A model generated the notes under the pieces. It was given only the letters and a program-made list of their open reading frames with translations, had not been told where the DNA came from and made no database searches. The position numbers and the translations under genes are program-made. This document shows, piece by piece, positions 1 through 8,773 of a stretch of 64,000 nucleotides of DNA (positions are counted from its first letter, which is position 1; the number at the start of each line of letters is the position of its first letter). The DNA lies in the NCBI GenBank assembly GCA_964549505.1, contig CAZJVD010000005.1, positions 64,618 to 128,617 of the forward strand, written 5' to 3'. The stretch is from an uncultured Oligoflexia bacterium. GTDB lineage: Bacteria; Bdellovibrionota; UBA1018; CAZJVD01.

Positions 1-288
1 ATCCTCGCCGCCCTCTATGAGAAGCGAGGCAGCAATCCTGTTATCGAGTTTCTCTTAAGAACGAATAAGACACGTGGAACAGAACGCTTTTTCAACGCAA
101 TTCAACTTCTGCCCAATCCTACGGAAAACACGCCCGCAACGGAGAGCAAAGACGGCACAAAGTGGATTATCTTTTCAACGATTGGCTCTGTCAGCGCAGA
201 GCAAACCGACGCGTTTCGGTCGTTAGCTTCGTCAAAAGGCGCGTCGAGCGAGTCCCGCGATTCTCGCGATTTTAACGACGAACATTAA
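1..288 (+). CDS. 3' end of a plus-strand CDS entering the window from upstream (partial, product unknown)
   Basis: Frame 1 is open from base 1 to a TAA at 286-288 (..KWIIFSTIGSVSAEQTDAFRSLASSKGASSESRDSRDFNDEH*). No start lies within the window, so it is absent from the ORF track. Confidence 0.3.
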   Translation: MLAALYEKRGSNPVIEFLLRTNKTRGTERFFNAIQLLPNPTENTPATESKDGTKWIIFSTIGSVSAEQTDAFRSLASSKGASSESRDSRDFNDEH

Positions 289-1198
289 AATACGACGTCT
301 CGTTCTCATCGCGCTCGCGCGGGCCTTTTCGTCCACGATCGCCTGAACCTCGACCGTCACGTCCGCCGCCGCCGCCACCACGGCCATCGCGCCCACCTCG
401 TCCACCGCGCTCTCCACGACCTCCGCGACCACCACGTTCGTCGCGTCCATCACGTCCCGGGCGTGGGCCACGACCTGCGATCTGCAGATACTCAGCGAGA
501 AAAAAATGATCTCCCAGTTTCACGGCAGAACTCGGAGGTTTTTCGTTTTCAGCGAGCGCGAACACGGTCACCTTCCGAAGTTCACGGACGCGGCGCGGAT
601 CGATCACATCAAGCGCCAATAGCATCTGGTCGATCTTTTCGGCTTTCACGCGATGGGTCTCTTCCAGCTTCTTTGCAAAGTCGGGTTTGATCTCTTCTTC
701 GATCTGCTTTTTCTCTTCAGTGAGTTCGGCACGCGAACGAAACTTTAGTTTACGCACGGACGGTTCTGATTTCGTGCTCTTCGTGCTTACTGATGTGGCG
801 GGTTCCGTGGCCAGTTCCGTAGCCGATTCCGCCGCTGATGTTGCGGTCACTGCTGGCTCTTCGGCTTCGGCCGCATCGACGTCCACGGACGCCTGCACGC
901 CTGCGTCTACGTCTGCACTTTCGATCGGAGTCGGCTCGGCCGCCGGTTCATCGCTCACCACATCACTGGCTGCTTCGGCGATCACGTCGTTGGCCATGTC
1001 ACTGGCCACATCAATCGATGACTCTGCGGCTGCCGCTGCTTCGGCGGCGAGCTCCGCTGATGGTTCCCCAGACAGCTCCAAAGACGCCTTTGGCGCCCCA
1101 ACCGATTTACCCAAACGGCGGCGGGCTCGCACTAACTCCTCGCGAACCGTAAAAGCACTACGCAGCGTGATCCCATCGAACTCCGTCACTGTTTTCAT
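272..1198 (-). CDS. hypothetical protein with an acidic Ala/Glu/Ser/Asp-rich low-complexity centre and a C-terminal RGG/RG-repeat tail (possible nucleic-acid-binding protein)
   Basis: 308-aa ORF. The C-terminus reads GRGGRGERGGRGGRDGRGGGGGGRDGRGSGDRGRKGPRERDE, an RGG-box-like tail. I recognised no enzymatic motif. The start is uncertain. Confidence 0.4.
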   Translation of the reverse strand: MKTVTEFDGITLRSAFTVREELVRARRRLGKSVGAPKASLELSGEPSAELAAEAAAAAESSIDVASDMANDVIAEAASDVVSDEPAAEPTPIESADVDAGVQASVDVDAAEAEEPAVTATSAAESATELATEPATSVSTKSTKSEPSVRKLKFRSRAELTEEKKQIEEEIKPDFAKKLEETHRVKAEKIDQMLLALDVIDPRRVRELRKVTVFALAENEKPPSSAVKLGDHFFLAEYLQIAGRGPRPGRDGRDERGGRGGRGERGGRGGRDGRGGGGGGRDGRGSGDRGRKGPRERDENETSYFNVRR

Positions 1199-1251
1199 AG
1201 GCCGGGAGCTTACACCGCGGAGCGCCTTTAGGGTAGCGGCCCCTTTGCGTT

Positions 1252-2487
1252 TTGCATCGTTTTTATGGGTTTCCTTATATGTTGTCAGGAGCCCTTCCCT
1301 GCCCCCTAAATAAAGCTATGGGATTGTATTCCCGGTTCATCGACGCCCACCCTGACGTCCAGCATTTCGCGGCCCACAGCCATCACCCTTGGCCGGACGT
1401 CACCCGCGACGCTGTTCTTGAAGCTTGGGAACTCTCCAATCGGTACGCGGACGACAAGTGGAACGCCGTCTTGGGTCCGATCACCCAGGAGCTCCAGTCC
1501 CTCATCGGACCGTGGTTAGGTCTTGGCACTGGGGAACATCTTGTCTTCGGAAGTAGTACGTTTGAACTCGTTAGTCGTATTCTGTCGTGCCACCTCGGAA
1601 AACGCCCTTTTTCAATTCTGACAACCGACGGGGAGTTTCACAGCGCTCGACGTCTTTTTTTGAGATTTCAGGAAATGGGTCTTGCAACACTCAAACAGGT
1701 CCCCGTTTTTCCAATCGCCACCCTATCGGAACGCCTTCTCGCGGAGGCCGATCGCAGCCCCCCTGACATGGTCTTTGCGAGTCACGTGTTTTTCGAGACA
1801 GGTGTGATCTTTAAGGATGTAACCGTGTGCTTCAAGACCCTAGCCGAGCGAATGTCCGCAACGACCGCATTGGTGATCGACGGTTACCACGCTTTTGGCG
1901 CACTCCCTGTGGACCATCGTCCATTGGCCGATTCGGTTTTCTACATCGCCGGCGGGTACAAGTACGCTCAGGGTGGCGAAGGTGTTTGCTTCGCGCACAT
2001 CCCGCCACGCTTTTCACTCTTGCCGGCTTTGACGGGTTGGTTTGCGGAATTCGCTCCGTTTTCTCGTTCAGCGAACCGTTTCGCCGGAGCTACTTACGAT
2101 TTCACAGCGCAGTTTCGCCTACGCGCCAGTCTTCGCGCGTTTCACGATGCGGGCATCGACCCCCAAGGTGTTCGGGACCATGTCACGGCCCTCAAGCGTC
2201 GCCTCTATGAAAACCTGGAAAACCTGGACCGCACGCCGGCGACTGCTTTCTTAAAGGCCCTCCCGCCTGGACCGCGCTGCTTCGAATCGGTTGCGGCGCG
2301 CATCGAGGGAACCGGAAACTTCGCAGTCTTCGAAGGTCGCACCGCGGAGCTTTGGGTCGCACATCTCAAGAAAGCGGGGATACTCTGCGACTCACGTGGC
2401 GAGCGGTTACGCCTCGGCTTTGGTCTCTATCACGACACACAAGCCATCGATCGCCTTTGCCACACTCTGGCAGCGATCGCAGTCTAA
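1252..2487 (+). CDS. class V aminotransferase-fold PLP-dependent enzyme, kynureninase-like
   Basis: The motif GGYKYAQGGEGVCFAHIP matches the YKY(L/A)xxGxG PLP-lysine region of kynureninase and class-V enzymes. Length is about 390-410 aa. The start is either the TTG at 1252 or the ATG at 1318 (MGLYSRF). Confidence 0.55.
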   Translation: MHRFYGFPYMLSGALPCPLNKAMGLYSRFIDAHPDVQHFAAHSHHPWPDVTRDAVLEAWELSNRYADDKWNAVLGPITQELQSLIGPWLGLGTGEHLVFGSSTFELVSRILSCHLGKRPFSILTTDGEFHSARRLFLRFQEMGLATLKQVPVFPIATLSERLLAEADRSPPDMVFASHVFFETGVIFKDVTVCFKTLAERMSATTALVIDGYHAFGALPVDHRPLADSVFYIAGGYKYAQGGEGVCFAHIPPRFSLLPALTGWFAEFAPFSRSANRFAGATYDFTAQFRLRASLRAFHDAGIDPQGVRDHVTALKRRLYENLENLDRTPATAFLKALPPGPRCFESVAARIEGTGNFAVFEGRTAELWVAHLKKAGILCDSRGERLRLGFGLYHDTQAIDRLCHTLAAIAV

Positions 2488-2556
2488 GAACCTGTCCGCC
2501 AAGAACTTCCCTTTCCGAACATTCCAAGCTACACAGAAAAAAGAGGACCCCCCATC

Positions 2557-4506
2557 ATGAGTCAAGCCTTTTCCCCCCATATCCCGGCTAGTCGCTCGCT
2601 ACCGGAACTGACGCTACGATCGATCGTGCTCGGTTTTATTCTTTCAGCGGTTCTCGCAGCTGCGAACACCTACCTCGGCCTCTATGCAGGGATGACGGTG
2701 TCGGCGTCGATTCCGGCAGCTGTGACGTCCATGGTGATCTTCCGTCTCTTTCGAACAGCGAATATTTTAGAGAACAATGCCGTCATGACTGCGGCTTCAG
2801 CAGGCGAAGCCCTGGCAGCCGGAATGCTTTTCACGCTTCCAGCTCTCGTGTTGATGGGCCATTGGGAAAGCTTCCGATACTGGGACACGCTCATGATTGC
2901 TCTCTGCGGCGGATTCCTAGGCGTTCTCTTCACGGTACCGCTCCGACAAGCGCTCGTGATCAAACGAGGCCTTCCATTTCCAGAGGGTGTTGCCATCAGC
3001 GAGGTTTTGAAATCGGGTGAGGCCGGCGGACGCGACCTGCTCGTTCTTGCGTTCTCGTCATTGGTTGCGGCTCTCGTCAAGTATTGCAACAGCGCTGCTA
3101 ACCTTTGGTCGGCAGTACTTGAAAAGGCGACCGTCGTCGGTGGTCGAACGTTTTTATACTACGGAATGGACCTGTCCCCAGCACTCTTCGCGGTCGGTGC
3201 CATCGTTGGCCTTCCGGCCTCGTTCGTGATTTTTGCCGGTGGTGCGATCGGCTGGTGGATCGCGATTCCGATTTACATCTGGGTCACAGGAACCCCGACC
3301 GACATGCCTGCCATGGATCTCGGATACATGGTTTGGAGTACGAAGATTCGCTACATCGGTGTCGGCGCGATGGTGATCGGCGGTCTCTGGGCGCTGTACG
3401 AACTGCGCGACACTTTGAAAACAGCCGGAGAGCAGGCTTTACAAGTTATTCGTGGCGCTCGCACGCGCAAAAGCCAGCAGATGGCGTCACAACCACGGAC
3501 GGAACGAAACATTCCGTTATCCTGGGTACTCATTGGCATGGTTGTCATGTTGATCCCAATCTTCATCATCTATGTCCGCGAAATTCAGAGCCTACCGATC
3601 TCCATTGTCATGGCGATCGTGATGTTGATCGCAGGTTTCTTTTTCTCGGCGGTTTCTGGATATATGTCGGGCGTGGTGGGAGCGAGCAACAATCCTGTTT
3701 CGGGAATTACGATTGCAACGCTTCTGTTCGCAGCACTCCTGCTTTTGGTCCTTCTGGGTCGTGGATCGCCCGTCGGTCCAGCCGCAGCGATTCTGGTCGC
3801 AGCCGTTGTTTGTTGTGCGGCCTCCATGGGAGCCGACAATCTCCAAGATCTGAAATGCGGGCAACTTCTCGGGGCGACACCCTGGAAGCAACAGCTCGTT
3901 CTCGGTGTCGGTGTGATTGGCGGAGCTGTCGTGACGGGCCCCGTTCTCAATCTTTTGAACACGGCGTATGGATTCGGGGCGAAAGACGCCGCTCATCCGC
4001 AAGCACTTGCGGCACCTCAAGCAACTCTGATGCTCAATGTTTCGAAAGGTGTGTTCGGTGCTGGTCTTCCGTGGGGCATGGTCTTCATCGGAATTCTGGT
4101 CGGCGCTGGCGTCATCCTAATAGATCGCATGCTTGAGGCACGAAAAGCTAAGTTTCGAATGCCGGTTCTTGCGTTCGCAATCGGGATTTATCTTCCGTTC
4201 GAACTAGGAAGCTGCATCCTCATGGGTGGCATTCTTGCTTGGGCGCTCGGTCGACGTCTGAATAAGATGTCCAAGGCCGCTCAGGAACGCGGTCAACGCC
4301 TGAGTTTGCTCTTTGCTTCGGGTCTCATCACCGGTGAATCGCTGATGGGAATTTTCATCGCGATTCCGATCGTGCTGAGCGGTAAGGCCGATGTGTTTCA
4401 GATCTTGCCAGAATCGCTCGGCGCATGGCCGGGATTGATAGCGATGGGTCTGATCGCTTACTGGCTCTACAATCACGCACTGACGGCTGCACGTAAAGTG
4501 GCGTAG
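2557..4506 (+). CDS. OPT-family oligopeptide transporter
   Basis: 649 aa with many transmembrane segments. The N-terminus LRSIVLGFILSAVLAAANTYLGLYAGMTVSASIPAAVTSMVIF is typical of the OPT superfamily. RBS-like GAGGA lies upstream of the ATG at 2557. Confidence 0.85.
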   Translation: MSQAFSPHIPASRSLPELTLRSIVLGFILSAVLAAANTYLGLYAGMTVSASIPAAVTSMVIFRLFRTANILENNAVMTAASAGEALAAGMLFTLPALVLMGHWESFRYWDTLMIALCGGFLGVLFTVPLRQALVIKRGLPFPEGVAISEVLKSGEAGGRDLLVLAFSSLVAALVKYCNSAANLWSAVLEKATVVGGRTFLYYGMDLSPALFAVGAIVGLPASFVIFAGGAIGWWIAIPIYIWVTGTPTDMPAMDLGYMVWSTKIRYIGVGAMVIGGLWALYELRDTLKTAGEQALQVIRGARTRKSQQMASQPRTERNIPLSWVLIGMVVMLIPIFIIYVREIQSLPISIVMAIVMLIAGFFFSAVSGYMSGVVGASNNPVSGITIATLLFAALLLLVLLGRGSPVGPAAAILVAAVVCCAASMGADNLQDLKCGQLLGATPWKQQLVLGVGVIGGAVVTGPVLNLLNTAYGFGAKDAAHPQALAAPQATLMLNVSKGVFGAGLPWGMVFIGILVGAGVILIDRMLEARKAKFRMPVLAFAIGIYLPFELGSCILMGGILAWALGRRLNKMSKAAQERGQRLSLLFASGLITGESLMGIFIAIPIVLSGKADVFQILPESLGAWPGLIAMGLIAYWLYNHALTAARKVA

Positions 4507-4528
4507 CCGGAGCGCAGAAGGAAAGTTT

Positions 4529-4912
4529 ATGGCCGACCACGCGCCAGGTTTCTTAAAACTCGTTCACGCAGCGAAATCGCAGATTCAGGAGACGACCGTT
4601 GACGCGGTCAAAGAGCGTCAGGATCGGGGAGAATCGTTTTTGTTGATCGACTGCCGCGAAGATCGTGAGTGGCAGGCCGGTCACTTACCGGGAGCCACGC
4701 ATCTGGGAAAGGGCATCATCGAGCGAGACATTGAAAAACTCGTTCCTGATCGATCGAAAGAAATCGTTATCTATTGTGGCGGCGGATTTCGCTCAGCACT
4801 CGCTGCCGCGAGCCTCAAGGAGATGGGCTATCCGACGGTAATATCGATGGACGGTGGGTTTCGAAGCTGGAAAGAGAAGGGGTTTCCGGTTGTGAAACCT
4901 CAGTCGAAATAG
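4529..4912 (+). CDS. rhodanese-domain sulfurtransferase
   Basis: 127 aa. Motifs FLLIDCREDREWQAGHLPGATHLG and the active-site loop IVIYCGGGFRS. Confidence 0.85.
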   Translation: MADHAPGFLKLVHAAKSQIQETTVDAVKERQDRGESFLLIDCREDREWQAGHLPGATHLGKGIIERDIEKLVPDRSKEIVIYCGGGFRSALAAASLKEMGYPTVISMDGGFRSWKEKGFPVVKPQSK

Positions 4913-6227
4913 CGCGATTCTTCCCTTCGATCCATTTCGAAAAGTATTTCAGTCTCTCCCACCCAAACCGATTCAGTGCTCGCTCACGCCACGACTTTCG
5001 TGCATCCCGAGCTTCGCGCTCAGCATCGAGCGAACCGTCTTTCTTCTTATCGAGATACTCGGCGACGAGATCCGTCCATCGTTTGCCGTGAAAGTCGGCA
5101 TCCCCTCGCTCTTGTAAAACGACTGCACCACGCAGGGTCCAATCCTGAAACACATCCTGTTCAACGACGCCTCGAACAGCGGCTTCGGCGACCTTGTCGG
5201 CTTCAAAACTCTCAGCCCAACCTGCAAAGGGTTCGCCCATCCCTTCGGATCCCATGGGGGTCGTGACAACAGCCGTTTGAGCCGTCCAGGCATCGACAAT
5301 CTTCCCTTTTTGTCCCGCGCCAAATCGAAGCGGTGCGAGCAAGACACGGTACTGCGAAAGCGTCGTCACGGAATCGACCGCCCATCCCTTGCACGCGACA
5401 CCGGGAGTTTTTTCGGCCGCCTCAACCACTTTCCGGGAAAGATAAGCGCCATAGATATGCCACTCAGCACGCGGGAGTCGCTTCCGAATTGCTGGCCATA
5501 CCGTCTGCATTCCCCAAAGAACTGCATCTTCGTTCGGCGCATGTCGCATGTTTCCGATGAACACAAAGTCGCGTCGGTCATCGAACGCAACCGGGACTCG
5601 GAGTTCGCCTGACGCATGAATCGGTAAGAGCATCAGGCACTCTTTTGCGATACCGTTTTTCGTGACCAACCATTGCATCTCAGCGGGCGAAACGAGTAAC
5701 GAAAGATCGGAGCGTTCGATAGCAGCGCACTCCCGTGCTTCGACCTCACGGTCAAGAGCTGGCTCGAGCGCCGGTTCGTGTACCGGTTCGTGCACCGGTT
5801 CGTGTACCAGCTCGTGTAACGGACAAGCTTTCTCAACAGCCTGCTGCCGCGACAATCTCAAGAAACTCAAGTCCTGCGTATCGAGAATGCGTAATACTTG
5901 CGGGGCTCGCTCGCGCACGCGCCAGCTCCACATCTCTTCGCACACGAACGTATCAAAAAGCACGAGGTCGACCGTCTTGAGAAACGCATCCATCTCGCGG
6001 CTGCTTGTATTTGGATCAGCGACCATCAGCTGAACCAAGGGGTTCTCGTCGAGTTGTCGCTTTTTAAGTCGTGCGTTTGAGATCAACGTGATCGCAGCGT
6101 CACCCCAACGCGCACGTAACCACGCGATCACCTGCAAAACGCGGACGCTTGCTGCGGAACTGGAGGGTTCAGGAAAGACACGTACAAAATAGGCCACCTG
6201 AAGGGGCTTCACTAACTCTCTCGTCAC
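4815..6227 (-). CDS. glycosyltransferase family 4 (GT-B fold)
   Basis: The C-terminal half carries FIGNMRHAPNEDAV..IYGAY..GWAVDSVTTLSQYRVLLAPLRFGAGQKGKIVDAW..TTPMGSEGMG, typical of GT1/GT4 C-domains. It contains an in-frame (HEPV)n repeat. The 3' end overlaps the rhodanese gene by 98 bp. Confidence 0.6.
   Translation of the reverse strand: MTRELVKPLQVAYFVRVFPEPSSSAASVRVLQVIAWLRARWGDAAITLISNARLKKRQLDENPLVQLMVADPNTSSREMDAFLKTVDLVLFDTFVCEEMWSWRVRERAPQVLRILDTQDLSFLRLSRQQAVEKACPLHELVHEPVHEPVHEPALEPALDREVEARECAAIERSDLSLLVSPAEMQWLVTKNGIAKECLMLLPIHASGELRVPVAFDDRRDFVFIGNMRHAPNEDAVLWGMQTVWPAIRKRLPRAEWHIYGAYLSRKVVEAAEKTPGVACKGWAVDSVTTLSQYRVLLAPLRFGAGQKGKIVDAWTAQTAVVTTPMGSEGMGEPFAGWAESFEADKVAEAAVRGVVEQDVFQDWTLRGAVVLQERGDADFHGKRWTDLVAEYLDKKKDGSLDAEREARDARKSWRERALNRFGWERLKYFSKWIEGKNRAISTEVSQPETPSLSSFETHRPSILPSDSPSP
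5771..5818. repeat. 12-bp tandem repeat x4 (ccggttcgtgta-like) inside the GT4 gene, encoding HEPVHEPVHEPALEP
   Basis: Seen directly: ccggttcgtgtaccggttcgtgcaccggttcgtgtaccagctcgtgta. Confidence 0.8.
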
Positions 6228-6306
6228 AGGGGAGGTGTATCAGACTTCGACCGCGCGCGCCAAGACGCAGCGCCTATAGTATCTATTTATAGTTTAATAA
6301 TAGAAC

Positions 6307-6903
6307 TTAATTGGGAACAGCGACGTCCGCGTCGGTCGACAAGTCCGTCTCCACGCCGCCGCCGACCGAGGCCCCGAGGTTCAGGATTTCAAAGCCTGGC
6401 TGCCCCGTCGAAACCACCAGCTTGAGTAGAAACTCTGCTAACGGATTCTCGCTGGAGTGGTCAGCGTCGGTAAGCACGTGACTGATATAGATCAAACCAC
6501 TGCTATCGATGGCGCTTGTATCGATCGCAGCATCAATGAGTACAATCGACGCTTCATTTGAGTTCGATGCACAGGCGATCGATGCCACGAATTCACGAAG
6601 AATACCCTCTTCTGGTGTCGGCAACGAGACGCCGGTCCATCGAAGACTCTTTGAAATTTCAAGCGTGGAGGCGTCGCACTCGGTTGGCTCCTGTTGAAGC
6701 GCGACACTGAATTGAACGCGCATCACACCGATCGAAACGGGCACCGTAATGACGTCACCGCTCGTGACCCCGGCGATCACCGGAGCTAACGTGCCTCCCC
6801 CGATTTCAGACTCAGCATCTCCAAACATACCGGGCGCACAAGCGCTCAGCGACAGCGCTAAAAAAAGGAAAGCAGATTGAATGAAACTTGTTTTTCTAAC
6901 CAT
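6307..6903 (-). CDS. hypothetical lipoprotein
   Basis: Signal peptide plus lipobox MVRKTSFIQSAFLFLALSLSAC. Start taken at the ATG at 6903 (the track start at 6912 is a TTG). AT-rich intergenic DNA lies on both sides. Confidence 0.45.
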   Translation of the reverse strand: MVRKTSFIQSAFLFLALSLSACAPGMFGDAESEIGGGTLAPVIAGVTSGDVITVPVSIGVMRVQFSVALQQEPTECDASTLEISKSLRWTGVSLPTPEEGILREFVASIACASNSNEASIVLIDAAIDTSAIDSSGLIYISHVLTDADHSSENPLAEFLLKLVVSTGQPGFEILNLGASVGGGVETDLSTDADVAVPN

Positions 6904-7018
6904 CCCAAACAAACTAGCTCCAGCTAGCTCCCTGAACCGTAATTATAGCAAAAACATATCATAATAGTCAACTATATGTAACAGTATAACTATATGTTAT
7001 TGCTTACTTAATTAAGTT

Positions 7019-7804
7019 TTACAGGGGATCTTCTGCGCTATCAAGAGCTTGGTTCGGAGTGGCATAACCCCCCATCGGTTTATTGCCCGCCTGACGGAGA
7101 TTGATCAGAAGGCGAACTGGAATATCGACGCTCACGCCCTGACCCGAGAAGTGAGCCACGATGCTCATGAGGTACAATCCAGCCTTCGGTGTGCCCAGAA
7201 CCGAGAAGGTCGCAGGTAATACAAAACCGCTCGTCAAACCGCTCAGCTTGCGCGTCAGCCCTAGACGCAAACCGGCTTCAAACTGCAGTCCGGAAGAAAG
7301 CTTACGAAAAATGTCAGTGAAAGCGAGAGCATCCTCAGGCAGCTGAAGAAACACGCCGGACTGAAAGTTCTCAGGCCCAAGCACACTCGGTAGATCGCCG
7401 CCGGTCGATAAAAGATCTGAATAAACGCTCATTTCGAGCGAATCGGGCATGAGACGCCCTTCAAATTCTAGATTCTGAACCGCACTCACGTATTGTTCCG
7501 GAAGCGGAAGATCGACCGTGGCCGAACGAAGCGGCATCTGGGGTCCGCCCACGTGACCAGGAGCAGCTCCACCCCCAAAAGCGTTAAACGTTCCTCCCCC
7601 TCCGGCCTCGGGAAGACTGATCTCCAACGTTCCCTCAGAGACCACAGTCTCAACTCCAATTGAGCTCGATACGGCGTTCAGCGTCCTGTCGGCCGTTTCA
7701 GATTCGCCCATCATCATCGGCGCGCACGCAGGAGCCGCCATCGATAAGAAGGCTAAGATAGGTAATGACGCTAATGACGACGGACACAGTTTCCCAGTAA
7801 CCAT
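7019..7804 (-). CDS. hypothetical secreted/lipoprotein
   Basis: N-terminus LASLPILAFLSMAAPACAPMMMG, a signal peptide with a Cys. It shows weak local similarity to the upstream lipoprotein (both contain a TLEIS motif). Flanked by AT-rich DNA. Confidence 0.45.
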   Translation of the reverse strand: MVTGKLCPSSLASLPILAFLSMAAPACAPMMMGESETADRTLNAVSSSIGVETVVSEGTLEISLPEAGGGGTFNAFGGGAAPGHVGGPQMPLRSATVDLPLPEQYVSAVQNLEFEGRLMPDSLEMSVYSDLLSTGGDLPSVLGPENFQSGVFLQLPEDALAFTDIFRKLSSGLQFEAGLRLGLTRKLSGLTSGFVLPATFSVLGTPKAGLYLMSIVAHFSGQGVSVDIPVRLLINLRQAGNKPMGGYATPNQALDSAEDPL

Positions 7805-7925
7805 AGAGATTCTTCGCTCTCCATTATAATGGGCAAACGACTAAATCTCTCGCGTGTAATTTATTAAAATAACCTATAATTACAGTAGGTTACATGCGGT
7901 ATTTACAGATTTTTAACTATCTGCA

Positions 7926-8714
7926 TCAGACGGCGGAACTGGCATCCGATGAATCTGAACCAGCGCCCTCAACGCCCTCCTGGACCTGATTGAGAACGTC
8001 CGCAATATGGCCGTTGACCTGAACTCGGTTATAAACCCGTCGGATCACACCGTCGCCATCGATCACAAACGTCGTTCGTTCGATACCGATCGACTTACGA
8101 CCGTACATATTCTTCTCTTTAAGAACACCGTACTTTGTCGACACTTCGCCCGTCTCATCAGCCAAGAGCTTGAACTGAAGACCATACTTCTCAGCAAACT
8201 TCTGATGGCTTCTGACGTCGTCCCGACTGATGCCGAGAACCAAAACACCGCTTTGTTCAAACTGCTGTAACTCGCGCTGAAAGTCGCACGCTTGCTGCGT
8301 ACAACCAGGGGTCATGTCTTTCGGATAAAAATACAGCACGACCTTCTGACCACGAAGATCCGACAGTCGAATGATCTCACCGGTATGTGTCGGAAGCTCA
8401 AAATCAGGAGCTCGCATCCCCTCACTGAGAATCACACCGCGAGCAATCAACCCCGAAGGCGTGGCAGACTTCGCCTGCTTCGTTCCAGGCGCCGTCGCTC
8501 TCGGCGTCGTCGCTTTTGCCTTCGATGTCACTTTTGACGTCGCCTTCGCTGACTTTACCGATTTCGACGGCTTCGATGACTTTCCCGATTTTGCAGGTTT
8601 TGCCGATTTTGCCGACTTTGCATGAAGCGTTTTTCGTGCTGCTTTCTGTACTTTTTTCTTAGAATTTTTATTTTTAGTTTTGGTTTTAGTGGTTCGCGTT
8701 TTTTTCTTTGCCAT
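7926..8714 (-). CDS. bcp: peroxiredoxin Bcp (PrxQ type) with a ~115-aa lysine/alanine/serine-rich histone-H1-like N-terminal extension
   Basis: The C-terminal domain APDFELPTHTGEIIRLSDLRGQKVVLYFYPKDMTPGCTQQACDFQ is a classic Bcp. The N-terminus is MAKKKTRTTKTKTKNKNSKKKVQKAARKTLHAKSAKSAKPAKSGKSSKPSKSVKSAKATSKVTSKAKA. Start taken at the internal ATG at 8714, which has RBS-like spacing. The longer track ORF to 8873 would add an unconvincing N-terminus. Confidence 0.75.
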   Translation of the reverse strand: MAKKKTRTTKTKTKNKNSKKKVQKAARKTLHAKSAKSAKPAKSGKSSKPSKSVKSAKATSKVTSKAKATTPRATAPGTKQAKSATPSGLIARGVILSEGMRAPDFELPTHTGEIIRLSDLRGQKVVLYFYPKDMTPGCTQQACDFQRELQQFEQSGVLVLGISRDDVRSHQKFAEKYGLQFKLLADETGEVSTKYGVLKEKNMYGRKSIGIERTTFVIDGDGVIRRVYNRVQVNGHIADVLNQVQEGVEGAGSDSSDASSAV

Positions 8715-8773
8715 AGTCTGCCCAATATCATGAGGACCTTGGAGAAACGAGGTGTTTTCGATACATCTTTTGG

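Noticed and set aside
3017-4136. Several 70-290-aa ORFs in alternative frames and strands inside the OPT transporter gene (for example 3255-4136 +, 3592-4020 -)
   Set aside because: They are fully nested within a confidently assigned 649-aa transporter, their compositions are Arg/His/Cys-rich and typical of off-frame GC-rich translation, and they have no RBS.
8371-8625. Plus-strand ORF encoding (FADFADFA)-like repeats
   Set aside because: It is the antisense reading of the lysine-rich (AAG/AAA) region of the bcp gene.
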